A stretch of DNA of 64,000 bases from an uncultured Nitrososphaerales archaeon (GCA_963695855.1 CAVOHZ010000010.1:1600001-1664000); one strand, 5' to 3'. Shown: positions 31,360 to 41,810, counted from the first letter of the stretch. The notes: generated from the sequence alone by a model not told the origin. Made by a program: numbers and translations.

Positions 31360-32085
31360 TTACAATAACTTTTTTTGATATGCTAAATGTTTTTCCTCAT
31401 ATTCGAAATCAAGAATCTTTTTTATTTTTTCTGCCCTGGCAATCCCAAATCCTGGAATCATAGCTAATTCCGCAGTCGAAGCATTAATTGCTTTTAATGG
31501 TGTCTTGAATTTTTCAAGTAATTTTAGGGCAAGTTTATCTCCTATTCCTGGTAATGAAGATAATATAGATAATTGCTGTAGTTGTATATGATTTGCTTTC
31601 TTAATTTTCTTTATCAGAGGACCATTTAAAAATAAATTCGATTGCAAGATCTTATTCGACAATGAAATTAAAAATTTTGATGTATATTTTGCAGATGGTG
31701 AATGAATAATAGGTATTCTGAAAATTATTGCCACTGTTGCTAGGGCATCATAAATTTGGGTAATTTTGTTTAAAGAGATTTTTTCTTTTTCATGGTAATC
31801 AATATCATTTTCAATATCAGTTTTTAATTCAAGTATATTTCCTTCTACTATTAAGAGAGGTTTTGAATAAAATTGCAACATATCTGAACATTGAACAAAA
31901 AGTCTCCCATCATAAATAGAATTAACTAGATCATGTATAGTCTTTCTTTCGATAGCAACTTCAGAAGATACAATATAATCCCCGACCACTAATCGTGCAA
32001 AATCTACATGTACACCATTATCGATTAAGAATTTTGGAACCTTACTATTTCTTTCTCTTTCATCTACTACAATCCGAAATGACAT
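31360..32085 (-). CDS. xpf: XPF/ERCC4 structure-specific endonuclease (short form)
   Basis: VDERE, GDY, ERKT..D...SIYDGRLF.Q and C-terminal HhH motifs (LPGIG, IPGFG). Confidence 0.95.
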   Translation of the reverse strand: MSFRIVVDERERNSKVPKFLIDNGVHVDFARLVVGDYIVSSEVAIERKTIHDLVNSIYDGRLFVQCSDMLQFYSKPLLIVEGNILELKTDIENDIDYHEKEKISLNKITQIYDALATVAIIFRIPIIHSPSAKYTSKFLISLSNKILQSNLFLNGPLIKKIKKANHIQLQQLSILSSLPGIGDKLALKLLEKFKTPLKAINASTAELAMIPGFGIARAEKIKKILDFEYEEKHLAYQKKLL

Positions 32086-32157
32086 AGTTAGTTATGCACG
32101 GAACTTATTTTGTATAACTCAATATAACTCAATGTTGATATATCATGATATTTGAAA

Positions 32158-32532
32158 TTATTGTTGTTGCTGGTTAGATGATGCTCCTTTAATCATTTGG
32201 TTAATTTTATTTTCAACTTCTTTTAGATTTTCCTTTACTCTTGATTCTTGTTTTCCTAGTACCATAACTCTAGTATTTGCCAATTCTTTTTTTTCAGATA
32301 GTTCTTTTTCGATACTATCTTTTTCTGTTTTTATTAATAAAGGCCCTGCAGCTTTATAAATAGAATCAGAAGGTTTGGTTTTATTCAATTCCTCCAATGC
32401 TCTATCCGTTTCAACAATTTCTAATTCAATTTGTTGTTTTTGCATCATTATTGCTTGTAGATTTTGTTGAAGTTGTTGTAATCGAGATATTTGCTCTTTA
32501 AGCCAAGGAGGTAATTCATTTTCTTGACTCAA
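32158..32532 (-). CDS. pfdB: Prefoldin beta subunit
   Basis: ELPPW, a coiled coil and IYKAAGPLLIK. Confidence 0.95.
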   Translation of the reverse strand: MSQENELPPWLKEQISRLQQLQQNLQAIMMQKQQIELEIVETDRALEELNKTKPSDSIYKAAGPLLIKTEKDSIEKELSEKKELANTRVMVLGKQESRVKENLKEVENKINQMIKGASSNQQQQ

Positions 32533-32572
32533 CTTGATAATTAATAATGATATTTAATATAAATTTATTTTG

Positions 32573-32845
32573 TTAGATATCAAAGGATTCAATCAAGCAA
32601 CAATTCGCAGTTTTGATCAATCTAAGATATGAATTAATTGTTGATCTAAAACTTGATACTTCTTGGGCAATTATATCTATTGAAAAAAGGTTTTTATCTT
32701 CGTTGGCAGTTAATTTAACTGAAGGAATTTCCAAAATTTTTATGTCTGGCTCTAAGGCTATAAATATTGATTTGATAAAGTCCTTATTTTGTTTATCTGA
32801 TAATAATTTGAAAGAAATATTGATTTTAGCTTTGAAACTTTTCAA
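32573..32845 (-). CDS. pcc1: KEOPS complex subunit Pcc1
   Basis: ALEPD and FRSTINSYLRLI. Lies between L37ae and pfdB. Confidence 0.88.
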   Translation of the reverse strand: MKSFKAKINISFKLLSDKQNKDFIKSIFIALEPDIKILEIPSVKLTANEDKNLFSIDIIAQEVSSFRSTINSYLRLIKTANCCLIESFDI

Positions 32846-33065
32846 TATTTATATCGTATGCCCCAGAGGCTACCTTCAAATTACATTTTGGACAATACCA
32901 AATTCCAGATGCAATTCGACCAAATCTTAAGGAGCTACAGGTTGGACAACGTCTTTTTTGTTTAAGTGTTTTATAAACAGTTCCGTATCTTTTTCTCACT
33001 GTCGCACCAAATTTTACACCAAGACCCTTAAGTGCCGTTTGAGTTTTTGTATTTCTTTTAACCAT
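32826..33065 (-). CDS. rpl37ae: 50S ribosomal protein L37ae (eL43)
   Basis: GVKFGATVRKR, CPTC, GIWYCPKC and SGAY. Confidence 0.95.
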   Translation of the reverse strand: MVKRNTKTQTALKGLGVKFGATVRKRYGTVYKTLKQKRRCPTCSSLRFGRIASGIWYCPKCNLKVASGAYDINIEKFQS

Positions 33066-33068
33066 TTG

Positions 33069-33887
33069 TTATTTCACGAGCTCCTTTATTTTTTTTCTTA
33101 TTTCCTCTCCTTTAATTCTTGCTATTTCAGCCACATATTTTATTTGATCCAAGGTAAAAGACCCATTTGAACCCTTTTGAATGGCAGTATATTCTCCATT
33201 AGAATTAGTAGTTATTGTTATTCTGGATTCCATACATGATTCTTCCTCCGCAGTGGGATCTAAGATAATAGTATTTCCTATTTTTATTGCAGTTATTGAT
33301 ACTGGTAATGTCGTAATTGGAGGGTCTTGTTTATTGCCTGTATTCACAACTTCATCATTTTGTATTTCGAAAATTGGTAATTTACTACTAGCTAGGGCAC
33401 ACACTACAGCATAAGATGTAGCATCAAATAGATTACCATCAGCGTTGATAACACTACAATCTACAAAAATGGTATAGACAATTTTCCCATGGACCAAAAC
33501 TAATTTTTCAAGGTCAACCATTTCAGATTCTCTGATTCCCCTATCAACCACCCTAGCAAGCTCTATGGTATCTTCATCTGGTGGACCTGGTTCTACGAAA
33601 GGAGAAGCTGTGGGTAAAACTTCAGCAGTAACAATTAGAGCTCCCTTATGTTCTAATCCCTCAAATGGTTCACCGGTCTCAACCTTTACACCTGCAATAA
33701 CTTCAGAATTTCCTAATCTTACCAGAGCAGATCCGTTTGCCTTTTTGATTACATCGAGATCTATTTCAAGTGTTCTGAAATCATCTAAATTTCTACCGTC
33801 AAGTCTTTTTTTATTGTTTAATAAGTCTAACATTTGACGCTTGCGGAGATATTCAATTATTATTGGAGACTTCTTTGATAAGCTCAT
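33069..33887 (-). CDS. rrp42: Exosome subunit Rrp42
   Basis: RLDGR, ANGSALVRLG, EPGPPDE and ELARVVDRGIRES. Confidence 0.97.
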   Translation of the reverse strand: MSLSKKSPIIIEYLRKRQMLDLLNNKKRLDGRNLDDFRTLEIDLDVIKKANGSALVRLGNSEVIAGVKVETGEPFEGLEHKGALIVTAEVLPTASPFVEPGPPDEDTIELARVVDRGIRESEMVDLEKLVLVHGKIVYTIFVDCSVINADGNLFDATSYAVVCALASSKLPIFEIQNDEVVNTGNKQDPPITTLPVSITAIKIGNTIILDPTAEEESCMESRITITTNSNGEYTAIQKGSNGSFTLDQIKYVAEIARIKGEEIRKKIKELVK

Positions 33888-34651
33888 TATTCTTTTACCT
33901 CCTCGCTAGTTTCTTCGTCTATGGGAATATCATTACCAAAATATTTTTCCATCAAAGCTTTTCTTTGTATTTCATAAACCATTTTACATCCCTGTACTGC
34001 TTTTTCCAAACATTCAGTAAATTGTGATTGAGTGAGTACTCCATCTAGTTGTAGTAGGGATATTTTTTCAAGATTGGGTAGATAAGCAACAGGCATATCA
34101 GCTGAGCCTTCTTTATCTTCTACATCATTGATATCGAGAACGATTCTGTCGTTTATTTTTCCAGCTGCACAAGCTGCTACCAAATCGCGCATGTTAATCC
34201 CTGCATCAGCCAAGGCAACAGATGCTGCAGTTATTCCAGCACATCTAGAACCACCATCGGCTTGTAATACTTCAACAAATATGTCTATAGCCGCACGAGG
34301 ATAATCTTCTAATATAACAGCAGGTTCTAAAGCTTCTCTCATAACCTTAGATATTTCAATTTCTCTACGAGATGGAGCTGGGTTTTTACGTGTATCAGTC
34401 GAAAATGGGGACATGTGATACCTGCATCTTAATACACATTTATCTGGTTGAGCCATATGTTTTGGATGAACTTCTCTTGGTCCATACACAGCTACAATTA
34501 TTTTATTTTTGCCAAATTCAATGAATGCAGATCCGTTTGCATTTTTTAAGATTCCAACAGTAAGTTTAATTTCACGTAATTCGTCTATTGAACGACCATC
34601 TGTACGTTTTCCATTTTCATCTACCAAAATTGTTTGAGTCATGATCTTCAA
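33887..34651 (-). CDS. rrp41: Exosome exoribonuclease Rrp41
   Basis: RTDGR, VYGPREVHPKH, PSRREIEISK and LQADGGSR. Confidence 0.98.
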   Translation of the reverse strand: MKIMTQTILVDENGKRTDGRSIDELREIKLTVGILKNANGSAFIEFGKNKIIVAVYGPREVHPKHMAQPDKCVLRCRYHMSPFSTDTRKNPAPSRREIEISKVMREALEPAVILEDYPRAAIDIFVEVLQADGGSRCAGITAASVALADAGINMRDLVAACAAGKINDRIVLDINDVEDKEGSADMPVAYLPNLEKISLLQLDGVLTQSQFTECLEKAVQGCKMVYEIQRKALMEKYFGNDIPIDEETSEEVKE

Positions 34652-34663
34652 TCCTCCAATTAG

Positions 34664-35494
34664 TTAAGAGGAATCTCCTGAAGAGGTTTTTGTAATTTCA
34701 TTATTAGTATCGTTATTGTTTTCAACATCATTTGTTTTTGAATTGTTTTCGTTATGGCTATTAATGTATGCCTCGTTATTACCAGAAGAATTATTTTCAG
34801 ACTCTACTTGTTGTAATTCATCCTTTACATTTAACAAATCCTTTATCTTTTGAGTAAGGTTTGATGTATGTGCTTCTTCTTGAACCGTTTTTATAGCTTT
34901 AAATGCAAGACTTATTCCTTCGTAATTTTTGCCACCTACTACTAAAATTCCGTTTTGACCTATCAGTATCTTTGTTTGTGTAGCTTGTTCTATTGTTTGT
35001 ATCATTGATCCTCTTTTACCTATCAAACGTGGAACACGTGTGGAGGATATTTTTAGAAATTTACCATCAGAAATTTTTCCTAAATCTCGTTCTTGAATAG
35101 TCAACATAGGGTCTCGTGTTCTATCAAATGCGATTATTCTAGTTGTAACGAGATCTCCTGGAGCAAATCTTTTTCTCATATCATCTCTTGCTGGAGAAAA
35201 ATCTCTTCCAAATACATCTTGAGCAGGTAAATGAGCTGAAAAACATGAATTAATATCTACTTCCCATGATAATGAAGAATTATCAATTATTTTTCCTATG
35301 ACAATATCATTAATCCTAGGAATATATATCCCCGATAATGGAATTACCTTTATTCCATCTTTACTTGATTCTGCTATTCCTATTCGTGTAGCTATAATGG
35401 AATTTTCTTTTCTAAATACATTCATCAGAGGTTTATAATTTCCTTCTATAATAACATCTCCTGGAATAACATACTTTCGCTTTATTTCTAACAT
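34664..35494 (-). CDS. rrp4: Exosome RNA-binding subunit Rrp4
   Basis: VIPGD, Y.P...D.VIG, KH motif VPRLIGKRGSM and EAHTSNLT. Asn-rich tail. Confidence 0.96.
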   Translation of the reverse strand: MLEIKRKYVIPGDVIIEGNYKPLMNVFRKENSIIATRIGIAESSKDGIKVIPLSGIYIPRINDIVIGKIIDNSSLSWEVDINSCFSAHLPAQDVFGRDFSPARDDMRKRFAPGDLVTTRIIAFDRTRDPMLTIQERDLGKISDGKFLKISSTRVPRLIGKRGSMIQTIEQATQTKILIGQNGILVVGGKNYEGISLAFKAIKTVQEEAHTSNLTQKIKDLLNVKDELQQVESENNSSGNNEAYINSHNENNSKTNDVENNNDTNNEITKTSSGDSS

Positions 35495-35625
35495 AAATTA
35501 GGATAACATCTCCTTGTTAACAAAAATTACAAAGAAAAGCATCTCATCCATATTTTGATATAAATTTTTATGATCTTTTCTCAAGTCCAATTTCCTATTT
35601 TGATAAAAGATATTTATTATTGTTA

Positions 35626-36315
35626 TTATTGTTCCTGAATTTGGGCAGAACCTTTAGTTACCGAATTCATCCTTTCAACGAATGTTCCTTTTATCCCAGC
35701 ATTTATTTCAACAATAACACTTAAAGAACCATCTTGCAACCATTTTTCATCTTTTAATTCACCGATATTTTTCAAAACGTTATAAGACGGTGCGGAAAAT
35801 TGTGGTGGAATAGTTACTAGCAATTGCAGGTTTTCTGATTTTAATGGCAAAATTTTTCGTAAAGATTCAATAATTTTCTTGGTTTGATCTTCAGGTTTCT
35901 TGAATGGATCTATTATTAATCTTACTTCTTCCATTGCATTTTGTATTCGTAGTGGAGGATGAGGAAGATGTGTTTTTGGATCAACGAAATTTCTATTGAT
36001 ATATTGAATAATCTGTTTTTTCTTTTCTTCTACCATTCTTCTACGTTGATCTGTTGTTAGATTAACTTCACCTTGTTCTAGTATTTTTTTAGCAATTTCA
36101 ATCGAGTCTGTAGTTTTGAAATTTCTAATTAGTTTTTCGTCAGCTATTCTAGTTCCTTTATTTGCATCTGCATAAATTTCATCAGAAATCAGAATATTAG
36201 ATAGATCGATTTTTTTCCCAAGTTTATAATCCAATGCTGGATCTGGTTTTACTAAAATCTCGAATTTATCATTATCTATAACTAAACGAACTATAGTGGA
36301 TTTATTATCAGTCAC
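35626..36315 (-). CDS. sdo1: Ribosome maturation protein SBDS/Sdo1
   Basis: KFEILV, LTTDQRR and DPKTHLPHPPLRI. Confidence 0.96.
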   Translation of the reverse strand: MTDNKSTIVRLVIDNDKFEILVKPDPALDYKLGKKIDLSNILISDEIYADANKGTRIADEKLIRNFKTTDSIEIAKKILEQGEVNLTTDQRRRMVEEKKKQIIQYINRNFVDPKTHLPHPPLRIQNAMEEVRLIIDPFKKPEDQTKKIIESLRKILPLKSENLQLLVTIPPQFSAPSYNVLKNIGELKDEKWLQDGSLSVIVEINAGIKGTFVERMNSVTKGSAQIQEQ

Positions 36316-36410
36316 AAAGTAATAGAAATCCTATTAAGTATTTATGCATGTAGAGACATATAACATAATAATACTGATTGCTATAATAAAGGAATAAAAT
36401 ATTTGATATT

Positions 36411-36884
36411 TTAACGATATGATTTTTGTTTCTTTCTTCTTGCACCAGGACCTCCAAATTTCTTAGATTCTGTCTGTCTTGGATCCCCTGCGAGAAGATG
36501 TCTGTCAAATTCGTTTATTTTTTTACGGATATCTTGTCGAATACTCTTTGATAATGGGTGATCCTTTGGATCTCTGTCACCCTTTGCCTCACCGGCTAAA
36601 GCTCGTGATATTGCAACTGCGGTAGCGAAGGCTTGTCCCATAAATCCTCCGCCAGCCACTTTTACATTGATGTCAACTTTATTGCGTAAATCACCAACTA
36701 TATTAACTGGCGTTAGGATTAGTTCTTTAGATATCTCTGGTTGTAAAACCTCTGCTGGAATATTATTAACTCTGATTTTTCCATTCCCCTTGGAAATAGT
36801 TGCAACTGCCCTTGATGTTTTTCTTTGTCCTGGATAGAGATCAACTGTTGTTGTTTTTGTCATTTCTTTTATTCTCCTTTCCAT
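36411..36884 (-). CDS. rps9: 30S ribosomal protein S9
   Basis: RKTSRAVA, GGGFMGQA and KKFGGPGARRKKQKSYR. Confidence 0.98.
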   Translation of the reverse strand: MERRIKEMTKTTTVDLYPGQRKTSRAVATISKGNGKIRVNNIPAEVLQPEISKELILTPVNIVGDLRNKVDINVKVAGGGFMGQAFATAVAISRALAGEAKGDRDPKDHPLSKSIRQDIRKKINEFDRHLLAGDPRQTESKKFGGPGARRKKQKSYR

Positions 36885-37408
36885 CCTATTTGTTTTGCAA
36901 TGTCTCCAATTGTTATATAGTATGATTCTGGTTTGGTTATTTTTGTATCATCAAATATTTTCATTTCATTCGAACGAAATTCTACCGGTATTCCTATATA
37001 CACTCTTAATCTTCTAAATGCAGAGATTCCGCTTGATTTTTTCCTTGGTGTCATGCCCCGTACCATTTTTGTCAAGATTCTATCAGGTCGTCTTGGATGA
37101 TAAGGCCCATGAATAGGATTTGTTATAGAACTTACTTCAAGACGTTTTTTATAATCGTCAATTGTTTTATAACGATTTCCAGATATCATGGCCTTTTCGG
37201 AATTGACAATAGTAACCCTATTGCCTTGAAGTAAAAGTTTTGAAACACGGGAACAAACACGACCAGCTATACAAGAAGATACATCAACTACTATTTGGTT
37301 TTTAGAATTATTTTTGTTTGCATAACTAGAATTACTATTGATATCTTTTTTAGATTTATCCAATGATTCGAACACCTTTTCCATCAGGATATTGTTCAAC
37401 AAGTTCAT
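36869..37408 (-). CDS. rpl13: 50S ribosomal protein L13
   Basis: IAGRVCS.VSKLLL and GPYHPRRPDRI...VRGM. True start may be downstream of 37408. Confidence 0.95.
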   Translation of the reverse strand: MNLLNNILMEKVFESLDKSKKDINSNSSYANKNNSKNQIVVDVSSCIAGRVCSRVSKLLLQGNRVTIVNSEKAMISGNRYKTIDDYKKRLEVSSITNPIHGPYHPRRPDRILTKMVRGMTPRKKSSGISAFRRLRVYIGIPVEFRSNEMKIFDDTKITKPESYYITIGDIAKQIGWKGE

Positions 37409-37745
37409 TGATAGTAATAACTTCTCCTCCGCAATCGATAACCTTCTTCATTGCTGTAACCGAAATAGAAAAACAACTTAGAATTATTTTATGATTGATA
37501 ATACCAGAACCCAATACTTTGCCTGGAACGATAACAATATCACCCTCCTTAGTAATATTGTCCAATTTACTAACGTTTACCTCAGAACGATTAGACCTAG
37601 AACTTTTAAACTTTTTTTCTATAGATTTCCAAATTGGACTTCCACTTCTTTTGTATGCATCACGCAAATCTGATTTAGTGTTATCATTCAATGTATTAGT
37701 AAACATACTTGTGACCTTATCATCTTCCATTACAATAATCCCCAA
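37356..37745 (-). CDS. rpl18e: 50S ribosomal protein L18e
   Basis: SPIWK, EVNVSKL and IVPGKVLGSG. Confidence 0.95.
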   Translation of the reverse strand: MGIIVMEDDKVTSMFTNTLNDNTKSDLRDAYKRSGSPIWKSIEKKFKSSRSNRSEVNVSKLDNITKEGDIVIVPGKVLGSGIINHKIILSCFSISVTAMKKVIDCGGEVITINELVEQYPDGKGVRIIG

Positions 37746-37755
37746 ATAAACCTAC

Positions 37756-38430
37756 CTAGTTCCCTTTTTGGAAATCTAGAGATTTTATCACCGTACTGAA
37801 ATTATTTAATTTTGAATTTATTATATTAATAGCAGCCTTTACTGTTTCCTCTGCTGTTAGAGATCCAACAGTTTCTATCATCAAAATCGATTCATTTGTT
37901 TCATTTCCATCCTTTACTATTGCAGCAGTAGTGGGCTGCCATTTTGCATGATCTTTTCCTATTCCTAATCTAGCATATGCCTCAAATTTTAATTTCTGTC
38001 CAGGAGCAAGAGCAATTATAGGAATATTATTGCTCACTGGTTTCACATATTCATCTTCGGATACAAGATCTCCTGAAGTAACGAGTTTCGTCTTTTCAGA
38101 AGACTCGGAATCTAAAATTAGTAATACACGACATTTAGAACAACCTAAAGTATTATTACAATCACATTTGTCAGGTAAAATGAATCTATTCAATTCTGTT
38201 CGTAATGGAATAAGACCTAGACGGTGAGCAACTGCTTCATCGTGCATAACAGAAGAATTTTCTAAAATTACTACATCGTCTATTGCTAAGATAGGAACCT
38301 CACTAATTGAGATTCTGCGAATGGCATTTAAATACTGTCTTGGAATGTTATTAAATTTTAGGATTATTTTTTGATCTGTTTTTTCTAAAATATTTATAGA
38401 AGTCAATATTAAGTGAAGTTTTTTGTCCAA
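37756..38430 (-). CDS. rpoD: DNA-directed RNA polymerase subunit D (Rpo3)
   Basis: NAIRR, ENSSVMHDEAVAHRLGLIPL, a Cys cluster and GKDHAKWQP. Confidence 0.97.
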   Translation of the reverse strand: MDKKLHLILTSINILEKTDQKIILKFNNIPRQYLNAIRRISISEVPILAIDDVVILENSSVMHDEAVAHRLGLIPLRTELNRFILPDKCDCNNTLGCSKCRVLLILDSESSEKTKLVTSGDLVSEDEYVKPVSNNIPIIALAPGQKLKFEAYARLGIGKDHAKWQPTTAAIVKDGNETNESILMIETVGSLTAEETVKAAINIINSKLNNFSTVIKSLDFQKGN

Positions 38431-38599
38431 AGCACTCTTAAAAATCTACCGACCAACACCGAAAAAGAAAAACATAGCTAATGAAATACAACCTAGCATT
38501 GTCCATTAGGATATAAGGTATAGCAAAGATATCATAGCCAATCAATTTGAAAGTAGTCCAATTTGAATGATATTACAGAATATAAGAAAATCTATTATT

Positions 38600-38758
38600 T
38601 CAGGTATCAATATTTGTTGGTGTATGATAATATTTCACTAATTTCTTAGAGTAACAGTCCCCACATAAATAGCCCAATACGTTCCACTGTTGCATAGGTT
38701 TGTATTTAAAATTATTAATTTCATTATTACAAACTGTACATTTTGTAGAATTAGACAT
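38600..38758 (-). CDS. 52-aa zinc-finger microprotein (CxxC...CxxC)
   Basis: MSNSTKCTVCNNEINNFKYKPMQQWNVLGYLCGDCYSKKLVKYYHTPTNIDT. Below the ORF-track cutoff. Confidence 0.7.
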   Translation of the reverse strand: MSNSTKCTVCNNEINNFKYKPMQQWNVLGYLCGDCYSKKLVKYYHTPTNIDT

Positions 38759-38921
38759 TTTGTTTATTAAATATTTGTAGCATTATAAATACGATGATAA
38801 CATGTTTTTTATTAATGAAATAAACATGTATATGAAATCAATATCAAAATATAACGTAAATTTAAGTTAGATTTCAAAAAAATTAATTAGGACCTTCGTC
38901 CATCCATGATTAGTTAGATAA

Positions 38922-39422
38922 ATGGGAGTTAATGAAAAGATTATTTTTTTGGGAATTCTTGGATTAGGTGCTATAGTGGGAGTTTTAACATATACAGTAT
39001 TTATGCCACTTGTACCTACCCCAGGAGATACACGTTCTATTTATAGACAAGATTTACCACCGGAGACTGCTCAAGCAAGTGCGGGAGCAGAAAAATCGCA
39101 AATAAATCCTGCGTCAATTAAAGCTGATGCGATATTGACAATTTTGGAAGGAGCATCAACTCAAGGTAATCCGCCTTATGATCCAAAAGAAATGTCTGTG
39201 AAGAAGGGCGATGTTATTAAGGTGGATAATAAGGATACAGTACCTCATACAGTTACTAATGGTGAAGGTCCAAGTGATCCCAATTCTGGAAAAATATTTG
39301 ACACTGGTATTACTAATGCTGGAGAAGCTGCGATAATAGATACAAAAAATATTGACCCTGGCGACTATCTTTATTATTGTACAGTTCATCCATATATGAC
39401 AGGAAACTTGAAGATACAATAG
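38922..39422 (+). CDS. Membrane-anchored blue copper (plastocyanin-like cupredoxin) protein
   Basis: N-terminal TM. Type-1 Cu ligands in PHTVT and YYCTVHPYM. Confidence 0.93.
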   Translation: MGVNEKIIFLGILGLGAIVGVLTYTVFMPLVPTPGDTRSIYRQDLPPETAQASAGAEKSQINPASIKADAILTILEGASTQGNPPYDPKEMSVKKGDVIKVDNKDTVPHTVTNGEGPSDPNSGKIFDTGITNAGEAAIIDTKNIDPGDYLYYCTVHPYMTGNLKIQ

Positions 39423-39522
39423 AAATCTAGAGTCAATTTTATTTTTTTGATGAAGCAGTAGAATCAGAACTTTATCTCATGAGGATATCCTTATATTATG
39501 TAAATAAGAATACTATTCGTTT

Positions 39523-40299
39523 ATGGCTTTTTTAGAGATCAAGGATTTACATGCAAGTATCGAAGGAAAAGAAATTCTTACTGGTTTGAATTTAAAGATA
39601 GATAAGAATGAAGTCCACGCCATTATGGGTCCTAATGGATCGGGTAAAAGTACATTTGCAAACGTACTTTTGGGTCATCCCAAGTATTCTGTTAATTCAG
39701 GTGACATTCAGGTAAAAGGAAAGAGTATTATGGAGCTATCTACTGATGAGAGAGCTAAACAAGGATTATTTCTTGGTTTTCAATATCCTATAGAAATCTC
39801 TGGTGTAGGATATAGCCATTTTCTGAGAAATGCTTATAATACTTTGAATAAATCATTAATGCAGGATCAAAAGAATCGAGAAGTTTTTCTCACTGTAAAG
39901 GAATTTCACGAATATATAAAAAGAAATTTGGATGATGTTGGATTAGATCCTTCATTTCTAAGCAGATATCTGAATGAGGGTTTTTCTGGAGGAGAAAAGA
40001 AGAGATCTGAAGTAATGCAGATGCTCGTACTAAAACCAAATATTGCTATATTGGATGAACCAGATTCAGGTCTAGATATTGATGCAGTAAAAGCAGTTGC
40101 TGAAGCGATTAATAAATTAATTGACACAGGTGCAGGAATAGTAGTAATAACTCACTACGCCAGAATCTTGAGATATCTTTCAAAACTCGATGAAGTTCAT
40201 GTTATGGCAAAAGGAAAAATCATTAAATCTGGAGGTAAAGAATTATCTGAAGAATTAGAGAGCAAGGGATATGGGTGGTTAGGTCTAGATGAGTCCTAG
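39523..40299 (+). CDS. sufC: Fe-S cluster assembly ATPase SufC
   Basis: GPNGSGKST, RYLNEGFSGGEKKR, LDEPDSGLDID and ITHY. Confidence 0.97.
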   Translation: MAFLEIKDLHASIEGKEILTGLNLKIDKNEVHAIMGPNGSGKSTFANVLLGHPKYSVNSGDIQVKGKSIMELSTDERAKQGLFLGFQYPIEISGVGYSHFLRNAYNTLNKSLMQDQKNREVFLTVKEFHEYIKRNLDDVGLDPSFLSRYLNEGFSGGEKKRSEVMQMLVLKPNIAILDEPDSGLDIDAVKAVAEAINKLIDTGAGIVVITHYARILRYLSKLDEVHVMAKGKIIKSGGKELSEELESKGYGWLGLDES

Positions 40300-40384
40300 A
40301 TCAGATCGATTATCTTATTAAAATATAGAATTGTCTATTGAAAACACAACGAATAATCTCTCTAATGATCATAAATTGATTACT

Positions 40385-40450
40385 AATAATAAGACTAATT
40401 TATAAGAATAATAAGACTAATTTATAAGAATAATAAGACTAATTTATAAG
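40385..40450 (+). repeat. 22-bp tandem repeat x3, each containing a TATA-like TTTATAAG
   Basis: Three exact copies of AATAATAAGACTAATTTATAAG ending 14 bp before the ATG at 40465. Confidence 0.95.
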
Positions 40451-40464
40451 AAAGATGTGTAATA

Positions 40465-41139
40465 ATGAGTACTGAAAAGCCTGTATTCCTGAATTTTTCG
40501 TTTTTCAAGGTTGATCCAAAATGGCGATGGCTAAATGAAATAGGAAAAGAAGAAGCCATTAAAGAATTCGCTGACTTACTAGAAGTAGCTAATACAAAAA
40601 TGAAGGTTATACCATATTCTACTGTTGGACTTAGAGATGATGCAGATTTTATGTTATGGATGATTTCGGATTCAGTAGAAAAAATGCAAGTATTTACATC
40701 AAAGATTTATTTGACGGTATTAGGGAAATACGTAGAACCTTCTCAAATTTATTTGTCTTGTTCAAGAAGATCCGTATATTCAAAAAAAGCAAAACCAGGT
40801 TTTACAGATGATGTGAATCCATTACGATATAACATAGTATATCCATTTATAAAATCTAGAGAATGGTATCTTCTGCCGTTTGAAAAAAGAAAGAAAATGA
40901 TGGATGAACATATAGAGATTGGAAGAAAATTTCCTAATATTAGAATAAATACATCATATTCTTTTGGTCTTGACGATCAAGATTTTATGTTAGCTTTCGA
41001 AACAGATGATCTTAACAGTTTTCAGGATTTAATAATTCAATTACGGGAAACTGAAGTTAGTAGATATGTGATTAAGGATACTCCTATGATAGTTTGTGTA
41101 TACAAAAAGATTGATGAAGTCATTAAGAGTTTGGGATGA
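40465..41139 (+). CDS. Chlorite dismutase / coproheme decarboxylase (HemQ-like) family protein
   Basis: YSTVGLR.DADFMLW, VYPF.KSREWYLLP, M.EH...G and SYSFGLDDQDF. Confidence 0.92.
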   Translation: MSTEKPVFLNFSFFKVDPKWRWLNEIGKEEAIKEFADLLEVANTKMKVIPYSTVGLRDDADFMLWMISDSVEKMQVFTSKIYLTVLGKYVEPSQIYLSCSRRSVYSKKAKPGFTDDVNPLRYNIVYPFIKSREWYLLPFEKRKKMMDEHIEIGRKFPNIRINTSYSFGLDDQDFMLAFETDDLNSFQDLIIQLRETEVSRYVIKDTPMIVCVYKKIDEVIKSLG

Positions 41140-41810
41140 AAGGAATGATAGCATTAAAAGAATGGGCTATTGTATGTAAAGCTTTAGAAGATGGAAAACA
41201 AATTTTGTTACTTCGTAAAGGAGGAATTATGGAATTTAGAAAAGGTTTTGAGATCAAACATAATGAATTTTTTCTTTATCCCACATATGAACATCAGTCT
41301 AAGAATTCGATCAAAGATGAATATATACCATATTTAGAAAGTTTGCTATATGACAGACACTATAATGAAAAATATGATTCTAACAAAAATAGTATAAATT
41401 TATTTGCTCAAGTATATGAAATTATTGAGATCACAGATAGAGCAATTTTACCAAAATTACAAAATTATCATATATGGAATAATGAATATGTTAATATGCG
41501 TATAAATTATAATCCTACTAAGCCACTTAATATATTATTATTAAAAATATTTAAAATTAAAGAACCTTTACTTGTAGACATCAAAGATGAATGGGCAGGA
41601 TGTAAATCATGGTTAAATATTGATGTAGATAAAAAATGGGAAAATTTTGAATTGACGGATTATTTGAATAAATGGTTAAGAGATAAGAGCAATGTTATTG
41701 GAAATGCTATAGATGACAATAATAAAAAAACTCTAATAGAGCCAGTATTAAATGATTATAGATTCAATGAGATCGCTAAGGGGATTAAGGAGGCAGTATC
41801 TAATAAATGA
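41136..41810 (+). CDS. DUF1802 family protein
   Basis: ALKEWA....L..G.Q..LLRKGGI.E, FFLYPTYEHQ and GCKSW. Confidence 0.9.
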   Translation: MKGMIALKEWAIVCKALEDGKQILLLRKGGIMEFRKGFEIKHNEFFLYPTYEHQSKNSIKDEYIPYLESLLYDRHYNEKYDSNKNSINLFAQVYEIIEITDRAILPKLQNYHIWNNEYVNMRINYNPTKPLNILLLKIFKIKEPLLVDIKDEWAGCKSWLNIDVDKKWENFELTDYLNKWLRDKSNVIGNAIDDNNKKTLIEPVLNDYRFNEIAKGIKEAVSNK

